A program made the translations under genes and the position numbers. Shown piece after piece: positions 31,032 through 40,231 of a stretch of DNA of 64,000 bases; the stretch's first letter is position 1, and each line of letters opens with the position of its first letter. The notes under the pieces are model-generated. The model was not told the DNA's origin. It saw only the letters and a program-made list of their open reading frames with translations, and did not search any database. Source of the DNA: a candidate division FCPU426 bacterium (lineage in GTDB: Bacteria; Oederibacteriota; Muellerivitia; Muellerivitales; Muellerivitaceae); contig CAVYSE010000005.1 of NCBI GenBank assembly GCA_963771075.1, forward strand, positions 64,001-128,000, written 5' to 3'.

Positions 31032-31628
31032 TAAGATCCGCAAATGGCTAGACCGTTAAGAGTGCATTATGAAGGCGCTGTTTATCACGTTACCTCGCGG
31101 GGGAACGAGCGGAAAAACATTGTCCGGTCGGATAAGGACCGGGAATTGTTTTTGTGGGTATTGGCCCAAGTCGTGGAGGATCATCATGTGATGTGCCATG
31201 CCTGGGTATTGATGGATAATCATTACCACTTGTTGGTGGAGACGCCGGAAGCCAACTTGTCACGGGCCATACGGCACCTGAATGGTGTTTATACCCAGAA
31301 ATTCAATCGGCGGAATAACCGCAGAAAAAGGGGCCAGGCCTACATATTACACTTTACGTGAAACGCGTCTATCTTGAGGAGGGTCGGGAAGGTGTATGGG
31401 GAAAAGCCGGAGGAGGTATTGAGGGCGGGGCGCAGGAAAAGCGTGGCGCGGGCGGTGGCGATTTACCTGCTCAAGAAGGAATCGGGTTTGAGCCTGGGGG
31501 AAATCGGAAAAAGGATGGAGGTCGGTTTTTCGGCGGTGGGGAACCAATGGTCGAAGATCAAAAAAAGCTGTCCGAGGACCCTGAATTTGGCCGGATGGTT
31601 CTAAAGTGTAAAATGTAGGCCTGGCCCC
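30998..31628 (+). mobile_element. Defective REP-associated Y1 transposase element (RAYT/TIRYT type)
   Basis: YHVTSRGN, WVLMDNHYHLL (HUH) at 31044-31329; DnaA-C-like HTH at 31374-31604; middle missing; GGGG(T/C)CAGG ends. Confidence 0.8.
31330..31628. mobile_element. MITE-like unit with 26-bp TIRs carrying the transposase C-terminus
   Basis: GGGGCCAGGCCTACATATTACACTTT / AAAGTGTAAAATGTAGGCCTGGCCCC (25/26 complementary). Confidence 0.8.
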
Positions 31629-31844
31629 TATGTTACACGGAACCCGTCACCACCCAAAAACCCGCGGGGCTCGTGATTGACCTCTCCCGTGAGCCGGAGT
31701 CGAAGGGGCTTGTGACCGGGGTGAGGGAAATGGTTTTTCCGGGGAAAAAGGGTAACCCGTAAAACAATTTTTTAAGCACTTCAAGAAAAGATCCAATTAC
31801 AAAGAAATAATTTTTATGCTCTTGCCTGCTCATGGCGGCGGCTC

Positions 31845-32003
31845 CGAAAACGACCCCTTCAACCCGCCCCGCAGGGCGGTACGGCTGGTCGCGCCGTGAG
31901 GGAAGCGGTTGTTTTAGCGGCCAAACTAGGGTGACCACTAAATCGGGGGAAGTCCACACGACTAAAGGGGTAAAATAGCCGTTATCGGGTTGTCTACGAT
32001 GGG
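31845..32003 (+). repeat. 159-bp direct repeat copy A (leader-like, ends in a cassette-site left arm)
   Basis: Near-identical to 34075-34233. Confidence 0.9.
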
Positions 32004-32018
32004 GACCCGAAGTGGACA
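31991..32018 (+). repeat. 28-bp cassette site, variant
   Basis: TGTCTACGATGGGGACCCGAAGTGGACA. Confidence 0.85.
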
Positions 32019-32141
32019 ATCCACTAAGTGAACAAAAGGCCAAAATCCTTTCTTTCCTTCAATATTGAAACGACCTCCCTTTAAAGAATTATTTCCAAAA
32101 AAAGACTTGCAAAACATTACACCATAAGGTGCAATATAGGC

Positions 32142-32471
32142 ATGGATCACCTGACGGATGTTCTGGCAGCCCTTTCCCACCCCACCCGGCGGACAATCCT
32201 CCAGCAGCTCGCCAAGGGGCCGGCCCGTTTTTTGGATGTGGCCAAGCCCTTTGACACGGCGCTGAATTCGGTGACAAAACACCTGAAACTCCTGGAAAGG
32301 GCCGGGCTCATCGAGCGCCGGAAACAGGGCAGGGAAGTGTTCATCTCGTTACGGGCGGAGCCCCTTCGGGAGGTGGCGGGCTGGGTGGATGGGTACGAGC
32401 GGTTCTGGAACGAGCGCCTGGACCGGTTCGAGAAGCATTTTAAGGATAAGAAAAAGGGGAGGAAGCGATGA
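32142..32471 (+). CDS. ArsR/SmtB-family regulator
   Basis: AALSHPTRRTIL..KHLKLLERAGLI..YERFW. Confidence 0.9.
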   Translation: MDHLTDVLAALSHPTRRTILQQLAKGPARFLDVAKPFDTALNSVTKHLKLLERAGLIERRKQGREVFISLRAEPLREVAGWVDGYERFWNERLDRFEKHFKDKKKGRKR

Positions 32472-32932
32472 AAAATACAGCGAAGACTCTGGAGCTTAAA
32501 TTTGAGCGAGTGATCCCGGCGCCTCCGGGCGAGGTGTTCGACGGGTGGCTGGATCCCAAAACTCCGGGCACGCCCTGGAACGAGAATGACAAGTTGATCT
32601 TGAATCCTAAGGTCGACGGGTTCTTTTACTGGCTCATCCACGGGACCTCCCATTACGGGCGTTTCACGAAAATCGAGCGGCCGGGTCGCGTCCAGCACAC
32701 CTGGATGTCCCGGTACACCTCCGGGGAAGAATCGACGGTCACGGTGACCTTCAAGAAAAAGGGAAAAGACACCTTGATGACGCTTTTACATTCCGGACTG
32801 CCCGACAACGAGAAGTCAAAAGCCCACAAGGACGGCTGGAATTATTTCCTCGATAAATTGGTGAAAACTTTTTCCGGCGGTTCGCCGGAAGGCGTTCAGG
32901 AACCTAAGGGGTGGCGAGGCCGGAAGAAATAA
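32468..32932 (+). CDS. SRPBCC/AHSA1 domain protein
   Basis: ERVIPAPPGEVFDGW..HKDGWNYFL. Confidence 0.85.
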   Translation: MKNTAKTLELKFERVIPAPPGEVFDGWLDPKTPGTPWNENDKLILNPKVDGFFYWLIHGTSHYGRFTKIERPGRVQHTWMSRYTSGEESTVTVTFKKKGKDTLMTLLHSGLPDNEKSKAHKDGWNYFLDKLVKTFSGGSPEGVQEPKGWRGRKK

Positions 32933-32968
32933 GGCGCCGGGGCTTAAAACGACAAGGGGAGGAAAACC

Positions 32969-33445
32969 ATGGCTACATCGACCTTTGCCTACGTGACCTA
33001 TATCCGCGTCACGCCGGAAAAGCTGTGGGCGGCGCTGACCGACCCGGAAACCATGAGGCAATACTGGTTCGGCGCCCGGTGCGAAAGCCGGTTTACGGCG
33101 GGGGCCCCCTGGAAGCTGGTGTATCCGGACGGCCGCGCCACCGACGCCGGCGAGATCGCCGAGGCCGAGCCGCCGCGCAGGCTGGCGATCCGCTGGCGGC
33201 ACCTGGACAAGATGGAGTTCAAGGCCGAGGGCGAGTCGCTTTGCGTGATGGAGCTGGAAGGGGGCGGCGGGGCGGTCCGGCTCACGGTCACCCACAGCCT
33301 GGAGCGCGAAAACTCAAAATTCATCGCGGCGGTTTCCGCCGCCTGGCCGATGGTCCTCTCGAACCTGAAGTCCCTACTGGAGACCGGCTCCATCGTTCTG
33401 CTCAGTCCCTTTCCTGTGGGGAACGATCCCCTGAAAATCAGTTAA
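32969..33445 (+). CDS. SRPBCC/AHSA1 domain protein
   Basis: YIRVTPEKLWAALTDP..WPMVLSNLKSLLETG. Confidence 0.88.
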   Translation: MATSTFAYVTYIRVTPEKLWAALTDPETMRQYWFGARCESRFTAGAPWKLVYPDGRATDAGEIAEAEPPRRLAIRWRHLDKMEFKAEGESLCVMELEGGGGAVRLTVTHSLERENSKFIAAVSAAWPMVLSNLKSLLETGSIVLLSPFPVGNDPLKIS

Positions 33446-33549
33446 CAGCTCTCAGCTCGTAGTCGACGGTTGACAGTCCGTAGGTTCAGCCTTAAGACAA
33501 ACTGCCAACTGCCGACTGTCGACCGTGGACTGCCTATTGTGGCCTACTG
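33446..33549. repeat. Inverted arrays of degenerate 7-mer tandem repeats
   Basis: CAGCTCT CAGCTCG TAGTCGA CGGTTGA CAGTCCG ... ACTGCCA ACTGCCG ACTGTCG ACCGTGG ACTGCCT. Confidence 0.7.
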
Positions 33550-33552
33550 TTT

Positions 33553-33890
33553 TTAGAAAGGACTCAGCACGAGCCTCCCATAGGCCACGAACAAGGCCAA
33601 AAGGGCGGGCAACCCAGCCCAGAGAATGCCCGGAAACTTGACACCGGTCATCATGGAGACCAACACCGTTTCAACGGCCACGCCGACAGCCGCAATGGGT
33701 GTTAGTTTGGGCAAGACCTTCATCGCGCCAGGCAAGACCAGACCCAACGCGAACAGGGCCTGGAGCAGGCCCAGGGCCACCCAGGCGGGCTTGGGCATCA
33801 ATTTCAACCAGACGGGTGGGACCTTGGATACCATCCAGCTCCCGCCCATTAAATAGTACAAACCCAGCAATATTTGAAGAACCCATAGGG
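33553..33890 (-). pseudogene. DoxX-like membrane protein, 5' end disrupted by a MITE
   Basis: LWVLQILLG..GLVLP..LTPIAA..FVAYGR; N-terminus of the ORF comes from the TIR. Confidence 0.65.
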
Positions 33891-33907
33891 GCCAGGGCAA
33901 AAAACAA

Positions 33908-34069
33908 AGGGCCAGGCCAACATTTAACACTTTGCGATCCTTCGAGTGAGTTCTTTTCCTCTCCCATCCTTTTTTTCATTACCAGCCATCGATTTCCCAC
34001 CGCGCTGGCCCCAATCCCCATTTGAGCTCCTACGTCCCTGTGAAAAGTGTTAAATGTTGGCCTGGCCCC
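33908..34069. mobile_element. MITE with 26-bp TIRs carrying a RAYT C-terminal fragment
   Basis: AGGGCCAGGCCAACATTTAACACTTT / AAAGTGTTAAATGTTGGCCTGGCCCC; minus strand reads MGIGASAVGNRW, like MEVGFSAVGNQW at ~31520. Confidence 0.8.
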
Positions 34070-34074
34070 TGATA

Positions 34075-34233
34075 CGAAAACGACCCCTTCAACCCGCCCC
34101 GCAGGGCGGTACGGCTGGTCGCGCCGTGAGGGAAGCGGTTGTTTTAGCGGCCAAACTAGGGTGACCACTAAATCGGGGAAGTCCACATGACCAAAGGGGG
34201 TAAAATAGCCGTTATCGGGTTGTCTACGATGGG
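34075..34233 (+). repeat. 159-bp direct repeat copy B
   Basis: Near-identical to 31845-32003. Confidence 0.9.
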
Positions 34234-34285
34234 CCATGTAGCTAAGCGCAAGCGCATGCTACATGGCGGGGATCCATCGTGGATA
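34221..34285 (+). repeat. Cassette site with central 37-bp hairpin insertion
   Basis: TGTCTACGATGGG + CCATGTAGCTAAGCGCAAGCGCATGCTACATGGCGGG + GATCCATCGTGGATA. Confidence 0.88.
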
Positions 34286-34310
34286 GGGCAAATGTGCAAT
34301 TAATTGAATG

Positions 34311-35723
34311 CACTGCTATCCTAAACAACTCAATCTGACCGCTGCCCCCCAAGAAAAACAAGCGATTTTGGACAGGTTTGTGAATTTCCAGGGATAAGCC
34401 CCCCCCTTTCGTCCGGATGCTGTCCAAATCACGAGGGTATTAATTCCATCTGTTTTTCCGCCGGTTCCAATCTCGCCACCAGGAATGGTGCATCCAACCA
34501 AGCCCACAAATCGCGGTAGGTCAATAGATTCATCCGCAGCATGGCCGCCAAGTGGGACAGGCTCCAGGCGATATGGCTCTTCAGTTGAAGGAATTTCAAC
34601 AGCAGCATGGCAATCAATGCTGTCCAAATCTGCGTCTGAACAGCATTCTCAGTGGTCCCTACGAAAGTCTTCACCCGTAAGTTCTGCTTGAGAGCCTTGA
34701 AGAACAACTCGATCTGCCAACGTTCCTTGTAGATGGCCGCCACCGTCGAGGCAGCAAAACCCATGTGGTTGGTAAGGAATACGAGTTCCCGCTTCTGGTC
34801 TTCGTCCCATACCACCACTCGTCGCATCTCTTTCGGGTAGGCTTCCTGTGACCGAAACGTTGTTAACCGTATCACTTGGTCCTTCAGGACGTTGCCCGTT
34901 TTCGGAACCGGCAGGTTCTTCACCACCTCGTAGGCCATGTTGATCTTGGCACGGGTCACCCACCACACGCCTTGGAACGTCCATCGGGCCAGAAGAAAGA
35001 AATCCACATATCCCCGATCCATCACTACGATTGAATCCACCGGAAAATCCAGCTTTTGAGCCACTTTCACGTCATGCACGCCTCCCTCCGTTACGAGTCC
35101 CCAGCAGGGCAAGTATCCCTGATGATCCAGCAAGAGATGGAGTTTGATGGCCCCTTTGGTCCTACGGAACTTTGCCCAGTCGAAGACTGACAAACAAAGA
35201 TCAATGGTGCTGGAGTCCAGGCTGTAGAGGGGATTCTTGAACTTGAATTTCCTCTTCGAGATGGCCGCCTGTAGCTGACACTTCGATAGCAGATGGTAGA
35301 AAAGACTTTGCTGAACCTGCCAAGGACGGTTGGCGTTAGCGTAAGCCAAGGTGGATTTAGTGGGTGCTTCGCAAAGACCCAAATGGGTCAATTTCCCAAG
35401 GGCCGTGTGGAGGCCACCACAGATTTCCCTCAAGGAATGGGCGGCTCCCATCTGGCAGAAAAGCATGGAAACAAACTGATTCCAGCAACTGAACCCCTTG
35501 GCGTGTTTTTCGGCTTCAAACTCCCGCACAATTCGTTCAAAAGCCGTGCGATCCACAATTTTCAACACTTGGGCAAAAAGACTGGTTGGTGGTACCATCG
35601 AAATACGCCTCCGGATGTTTGAAGTAGCGACGGCTGGTAACCGTCGCTTTGGGCTTGTCGACTAACCCAATTCTACTTCAGTCGGAGGTGTCTTTTTTTA
35701 GTCCTTTATTTAGGACAAGAGTG
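34311..35723 (-). mobile_element. IS4-family insertion sequence, copy 1 (1413 bp), 9-bp TSD AATTGAATG
   Basis: Imperfect TIRs CACTGCTATCCTAAA / TTTAGGACAAGAGTG; TSD at 34302-34310 and 35724-35732. Confidence 0.92.
34429..35598 (-). CDS. IS4-family DDE transposase (DUF4372-type N-terminus)
   Basis: LDSSTI, MDRGY, YKERWQIELFFKALKQ. Confidence 0.95.
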   Translation of the reverse strand: MVPPTSLFAQVLKIVDRTAFERIVREFEAEKHAKGFSCWNQFVSMLFCQMGAAHSLREICGGLHTALGKLTHLGLCEAPTKSTLAYANANRPWQVQQSLFYHLLSKCQLQAAISKRKFKFKNPLYSLDSSTIDLCLSVFDWAKFRRTKGAIKLHLLLDHQGYLPCWGLVTEGGVHDVKVAQKLDFPVDSIVVMDRGYVDFFLLARWTFQGVWWVTRAKINMAYEVVKNLPVPKTGNVLKDQVIRLTTFRSQEAYPKEMRRVVVWDEDQKRELVFLTNHMGFAASTVAAIYKERWQIELFFKALKQNLRVKTFVGTTENAVQTQIWTALIAMLLLKFLQLKSHIAWSLSHLAAMLRMNLLTYRDLWAWLDAPFLVARLEPAEKQMELIPS

Positions 35724-35729
35724 AATTGA

Positions 35730-36383
35730 ATGTATTTTTTGAAAAGGGAAAAAATGAATTATTTTAATTACCAGATGATGCTTCCATTAACGTTCGGACT
35801 GGTCGCGAGTACCTTTCTCTATATCGGCTTAAGGGGTTTGGTGAAACGAAAGCCGTTTTTAATGCCTTCCAGGTGGATTATCTTCATGATGATCCCGATT
35901 TTGCTTCCTGGTTTCAGCCTGCCTTTTATGGTGCATCAAAATCCTGGCTTTGATCTGATAACCTGGGCCGATCCCCTCCTGCTTATCCTGATCTTCACCC
36001 TTTACTGGAAGATCACAAAAGGATATTCGGTGTATGGCGCGAACGCCGAAACGATCCGTAAATCGCTCCTGGCTGCGGTCAACGAGTTAAACCTGCAATA
36101 CACCGAAAACATGACGGGTATCTATTTGCCCGCCCACGACATTACCTTGACGGCATCGGTGGCAATGTCGATTGGGAAAATTAGTGTAAAAGGGAAAGAT
36201 ACGGGAGGGTTATTGAAAAGGGTGGCTGTGATCATGAAAAAGGAATTCGCGAATTCCGACTTCGAATGCGACCTGAAGCCTTTTTTGTTTTTTTTGGCCA
36301 TTGGCGTGATGATCTTGATCACAGCCTGTAAGGAGGTTTCGTTATTGCAAGAGATCGGAACGCACTACACCCCAAACCCATAA
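35730..36383 (+). CDS. Hypothetical membrane protein (cassette gene)
   Basis: About 4 TM segments; start could be 35754. Confidence 0.65.
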   Translation: MYFLKREKMNYFNYQMMLPLTFGLVASTFLYIGLRGLVKRKPFLMPSRWIIFMMIPILLPGFSLPFMVHQNPGFDLITWADPLLLILIFTLYWKITKGYSVYGANAETIRKSLLAAVNELNLQYTENMTGIYLPAHDITLTASVAMSIGKISVKGKDTGGLLKRVAVIMKKEFANSDFECDLKPFLFFLAIGVMILITACKEVSLLQEIGTHYTPNP

Positions 36384-36423
36384 TAGGCCCCATTCTGCAG
36401 GGGCTTCTGGGCACGCTACGGAT

Positions 36424-36451
36424 TTTCCACTGCGGGTCCCCGTCGTGGGAA
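36424..36451. repeat. Degenerate cassette site
   Basis: TTTCCACTGCGGGTCCCCGTCGTGGGAA. Confidence 0.7.
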
Positions 36452-36473
36452 GGCAAAATCAGAAAGAACAAGA

Positions 36474-36956
36474 ATGAACAAAGAAGTTAAAAGTCACCTT
36501 TCGACGATCGATAAATTACTTTCGTCTAAAAATGAGAAAAATATCTGGAAGGGGGCCGCGGACCTATGCGGTTACGTTATTGACCAGCCTGAACTAATCT
36601 GGGATCGAATTGTAAAATATGGTTCCCGAAACAATGGGGAGTTGCAACAGGCCATAGCTTTATGCGTTTTGGAGCATGTTTTTCAGTATCACTTCAATGA
36701 GTATTTCCCAAAAGCCAAGAAAATTATCCTTTCTGGTAATAAACGTTTCCGGGAAACTTTTTGTCAATGTGGTAAATTCGGTCAATCGGAGAAAAAGTCC
36801 AACTCGGCAAAATGGGACAAATTCATTTTTCAAACCGCGACATTTGGGGAAAAGGAAAGAATTCTATATTGGAAAAAATGGAATAAGTTAAAGAAAAAGG
36901 CAATGACGGGTGACCCCAAAGCAGTTAAGGCTTATCAAAAGTTCCGTTCTGTTTAG
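36474..36956 (+). CDS. Hypothetical protein (cassette gene)
   Basis: AT-rich 160-aa ORF between sites. Confidence 0.65.
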   Translation: MNKEVKSHLSTIDKLLSSKNEKNIWKGAADLCGYVIDQPELIWDRIVKYGSRNNGELQQAIALCVLEHVFQYHFNEYFPKAKKIILSGNKRFRETFCQCGKFGQSEKKSNSAKWDKFIFQTATFGEKERILYWKKWNKLKKKAMTGDPKAVKAYQKFRSV

Positions 36957-36985
36957 AATCGTAAAGTTCGGGTGATATATACGGC

Positions 36986-37013
36986 TGGCCAATTAGGGGC
37001 TCCTTCTTTGACA
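36986..37013 (+). repeat. Highly degenerate cassette site
   Basis: TGGCCAATTAGGGGCTCCTTCTTTGACA aligns without gaps to the consensus (~19/28). Confidence 0.5.
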
Positions 37014-37081
37014 ATAAAAGACCTATATAATGTACGTAATAATACCGTACATATGGTATATTGCCGATGGAGGGTATGACC

Positions 37082-37363
37082 ATGACGAAAGCTCTAAAAA
37101 CCAAAGAAGAACGTATCGAATTGAGGGTGAGGCCCCAGGACAAGCGACTGCTGGAAAAAGCGGCTCAAGCCCAAGGATTGAGCCTGAGTTCTTATCTTGT
37201 GACGAGATCCCTGCATGCGGCCCAGGAAGACGCGGTTCCGGTTAAAACCTACATACCCTCCAAGCGGGATGTGGACTTGTTTCTTCGGCTTCTGGAAACT
37301 CCCCCCCTGCCAAACGAAAAGCTTAAAGCGGCGGCGCGGCGTTATCAAAAAGAAATGTCCTGA
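37082..37363 (+). CDS. DUF1778 (TacA-like) antitoxin
   Basis: KEERIELRV..LLEKAA..LSSY..LLETPPLPNEKL; start uncertain. Confidence 0.88.
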   Translation: MTKALKTKEERIELRVRPQDKRLLEKAAQAQGLSLSSYLVTRSLHAAQEDAVPVKTYIPSKRDVDLFLRLLETPPLPNEKLKAAARRYQKEMS

Positions 37364-37371
37364 TCCGGACT

Positions 37372-37884
37372 ATGCCTGGCCCAAAATGGAAAATGGTACC
37401 CGTCACGGAAAAAGCTGAACTCCAATCTTTCGATTGCGGGATACCTGAACTCAATGATTACCTGAAAAGGTACGCGGGCCAGAACCACCGAAAAGGGTTG
37501 GGCAGCACTTACGTTCTCGTTCCCGCCGAGGGGGAACCACTGGCAGTCGGGTACCATACCTTAAGTATGGCTCAGGTGGATCTGCAAAACTTGCCCGAAT
37601 CCCATTGCAAAAACCTACCGAAGTATCCTGTTCCTGCGGTTCGATTAGGCCGTCTTGCCGTTGACCGCAAATGGCAAGGGGCTGGATTGGGGGAGATCCT
37701 ATTGATGGATGCGATTCACCGGTCTGTTGCGGCGGTTCAATCAGTCGCGGCTAAGTATAAGATCGTAGACGCTAAAAACAAAAAAGCTGAAGAGTTTTAC
37801 TTGCGCTACGGTTTTCATCCCTTTGAGGGAGGAGCCCATTCCCTGGTTGCCGCTATCGACACGTTAAAAGGGCTTTTTGGGTAG
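37372..37884 (+). CDS. GNAT acetyltransferase toxin (TacT/AtaT-like)
   Basis: FDCGIPELNDYL, LGRLAVD..QGAGLG..LLMDA, VDAKN..FY..YGF. Confidence 0.9.
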   Translation: MPGPKWKMVPVTEKAELQSFDCGIPELNDYLKRYAGQNHRKGLGSTYVLVPAEGEPLAVGYHTLSMAQVDLQNLPESHCKNLPKYPVPAVRLGRLAVDRKWQGAGLGEILLMDAIHRSVAAVQSVAAKYKIVDAKNKKAEEFYLRYGFHPFEGGAHSLVAAIDTLKGLFG

Positions 37885-37891
37885 AAAGGTT

Positions 37892-37919
37892 TGTCCGCGA
37901 CGGGGGGCCGGGATGGGCA
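37892..37919 (+). repeat. Cassette site, variant right arm
   Basis: TGTCCGCGACGGGGGGCCGGGATGGGCA, 7 nt after a stop codon. Confidence 0.75.
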
Positions 37920-37934
37920 AATAAATAATTTGAA

Positions 37935-38432
37935 TTGAGGAGGATGATCGTGCGTAGATTGAAATCGCTTGGGATGATCGGGTTGGTTCTGGGCCTCGTT
38001 TTATTGGGTATGAATCATTGGGGCTGCTCAAGCTCGGATAACGAAGCCGATAGCAAGGCCTACGTGGATAAAGTCGCGCCGGTCCTATTCAAGGACTGGG
38101 ATTCGACCCTCATTTTGGCCGAAGCCGATCCGGATCTGAAGAATTTCGCCGACACGAATAAAGACGCCTTCGATAAAGGGATCCAATCCTTCAAGGACGC
38201 GGTTGGCTCCATGAAAACCTACAAAGGCGCGACCCTTTTGGGGAAACCCACCGAAGGGCCGGACCATACGGTCGTCGCCGGTTATTCCGTTGAGGCAGAT
38301 TTCGAGAAAGGGACCAGCAAGGTTTTAGTGACCACTACCCTCCGCGGCGGGAAATGGCAGATGGGTCTTTTTAACCTCGACCCGCAAGCCGAGTTGCAAA
38401 GGATGACCAAGGCCCTGACCCCGAACCCTTAA
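37935..38432 (+). CDS. Hypothetical exported/lipoprotein (cassette gene)
   Basis: Hydrophobic leader + GC; YSVEADFEKG..GKWQ; start uncertain. Confidence 0.65.
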   Translation: MRRMIVRRLKSLGMIGLVLGLVLLGMNHWGCSSSDNEADSKAYVDKVAPVLFKDWDSTLILAEADPDLKNFADTNKDAFDKGIQSFKDAVGSMKTYKGATLLGKPTEGPDHTVVAGYSVEADFEKGTSKVLVTTTLRGGKWQMGLFNLDPQAELQRMTKALTPNP

Positions 38433-38496
38433 ACCACCGGATGGGCCGGGAGTTTCGGCGGCCAAACGAACCATCGGCTTTTAGCTGATAAAGCTT

Positions 38497-38561
38497 TTTC
38501 CACGGCGGGCCATGTAGCTAAGCGCAAGCGCATGCTACATGGCGGGAACCAGAATAACCCG
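38497..38561 (+). repeat. Degenerate cassette site with the same 37-bp insertion
   Basis: TTTCCACGGCGGG + identical 37-mer (38510-38546). Confidence 0.75.
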
Positions 38562-38642
38562 CGATTGTACCTTCGCTATTTCAATGGGCCGTTTGACAAA
38601 TTAACTGAGAGTATTACAATGTATTACATATAGGAGGGTTCG

Positions 38643-38861
38643 ATGAAAACCATGTTAAACGTTCGCTTGACGCCCGAATTGGGCCGGCAGTTGGAAAAAG
38701 CTTCCAAAGAAGGAAAAATCCCCGTTAGTGATATAGTCCGCGAATCTTTAAAACGTTATGTGGTTGTTTTGCGTTTCCAAGAGCTGCAGAAAAAAATGAT
38801 TAAAAAAGCGAGAAAGAAAGGGGTTTTCACTGACGAGGACGTATTCAAGATCGTTTCATGA
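38643..38861 (+). CDS. CopG/RHH antitoxin
   Basis: LNVRL..SDIVRESL..FTDEDVFKIVS; overlaps the PIN gene. Confidence 0.85.
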   Translation: MKTMLNVRLTPELGRQLEKASKEGKIPVSDIVRESLKRYVVVLRFQELQKKMIKKARKKGVFTDEDVFKIVS

Positions 38862-39262
38862 AAATCGTTCTGGATACCAATGTTTATATTGCCGCTTTAG
38901 TCACCCAAGGCCTTTGCGCCGAAGTTTATCAATATTGCCTCCAATATCATGAACTCGTCCTATCCGATTACATTCTCAAAGAAATTCGACGTAATCTCAC
39001 CCGTAAATTCGGCCAATCGGCTTCGGATGTGTCGGAAGCGCTGGAGATATTGTCCGAAGGGGCTTTGAAAGTCACGCCCCACCCACTTGATAAACCTGTG
39101 AGCCGGGATTCATCCGACGACCCTATTCTTGGAACTGCCCTGGCGGGTAAAGTTGATTATCTTGTCTCGGGAGACAAGGATTTACTTTCGCTCAAACGTT
39201 ATGGGCAAATCCGTATTATTTCACCCCGGGATTTTTGGACAAAGATGATGGGGTCTGAATAG
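38858..39262 (+). CDS. PIN-family toxin
   Basis: VLDTNV, RDSSDDPIL..A, LVSGDKDLL, IISPRDF. Confidence 0.9.
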   Translation: MKIVLDTNVYIAALVTQGLCAEVYQYCLQYHELVLSDYILKEIRRNLTRKFGQSASDVSEALEILSEGALKVTPHPLDKPVSRDSSDDPILGTALAGKVDYLVSGDKDLLSLKRYGQIRIISPRDFWTKMMGSE

Positions 39263-39287
39263 CAGAAGCCGTTTTTTAATTTTAAAG

Positions 39288-40208
39288 ATGCGTCAAAAGG
39301 GTTTAATTTTGGTTAAAAAGAATAGTAAACAAAGCGCCATTTACCTTCCCTTCGCGATCGGGTTGATCCTTTCCCTCATCCTGGGAACGGTGGTTTGGCG
39401 GTGGTTTTATATCGTATTCAGTTCCATCGGTTTATTCATCTCGATAGGGAATTGGATCCAGTCCCGCTCGGTTCAACCCGATCTTGGCCGAAGGGTGAGC
39501 CTTCTTCTCATCCTGCCTATCTTCATCGTCTTTTTTGGCTTCTTCCAACGGGAAAATATGCAATTGGAGGAAACGGTTTTTTACGGGGCCTTTTTCCTGG
39601 CCGGGGGCGTATTCACCCGGGTGCTGATCCATTATTCCATCGCAAAGGTGTTCGGCCCGCTCCTCTTCGGGAGGGGTTTTTGCGGCTGGGCCTGTTGGAC
39701 CGCCGCTATCTTGGATTGGCTGCCGATTAAAGAAAACAACCCCATCCCCGCGAAATACACTTGGGTCCGCTGGCCCGTCTTGGCGGTTTCCATCGGCCTT
39801 CCTTTTTACCTCATTCGCGCGGGATACAACTATATGGAGGGGCATATTCAGGGGGACGCGGGTAACCTGATCCAAACCCACAAATGGGACCAATTCCTCT
39901 GGTTCTTGGCCGGAAACGGCCTTTATTACTTAAGCGGGATCCTGTTGGCTTTCGCGTTCAAAAAAAGAAGGGCTTTTTGCAAGATCGCCTGCCCGGTGTC
40001 GCTGGTGATGAAGGTTCCATCCAGGTTTTCGATCATCCGCAAGAGACCCTCGGGGGAAAACTGTTCGGGCTGCGGAAAATGCAACAAGGAATGCCCGATG
40101 GATGTGGATGTCCGGAGCTATATTCAAAAAGGGCTTAAAATACTTTCCGCGGAGTGCATCCTCTGCGGTAAGTGCAGCCAGGTTTGCCCAACCCACGCGA
40201 TTCTCTGA
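39288..40208 (+). CDS. Membrane 4Fe-4S binding protein (NapH/YccM-like)
   Basis: GRGFCGWAC, RAFCKIACP, two CxxCxxCxxxCP motifs. Confidence 0.85.
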   Translation: MRQKGLILVKKNSKQSAIYLPFAIGLILSLILGTVVWRWFYIVFSSIGLFISIGNWIQSRSVQPDLGRRVSLLLILPIFIVFFGFFQRENMQLEETVFYGAFFLAGGVFTRVLIHYSIAKVFGPLLFGRGFCGWACWTAAILDWLPIKENNPIPAKYTWVRWPVLAVSIGLPFYLIRAGYNYMEGHIQGDAGNLIQTHKWDQFLWFLAGNGLYYLSGILLAFAFKKRRAFCKIACPVSLVMKVPSRFSIIRKRPSGENCSGCGKCNKECPMDVDVRSYIQKGLKILSAECILCGKCSQVCPTHAIL

Positions 40209-40231
40209 ACTGGTTGGATTGAAATGTTGGT

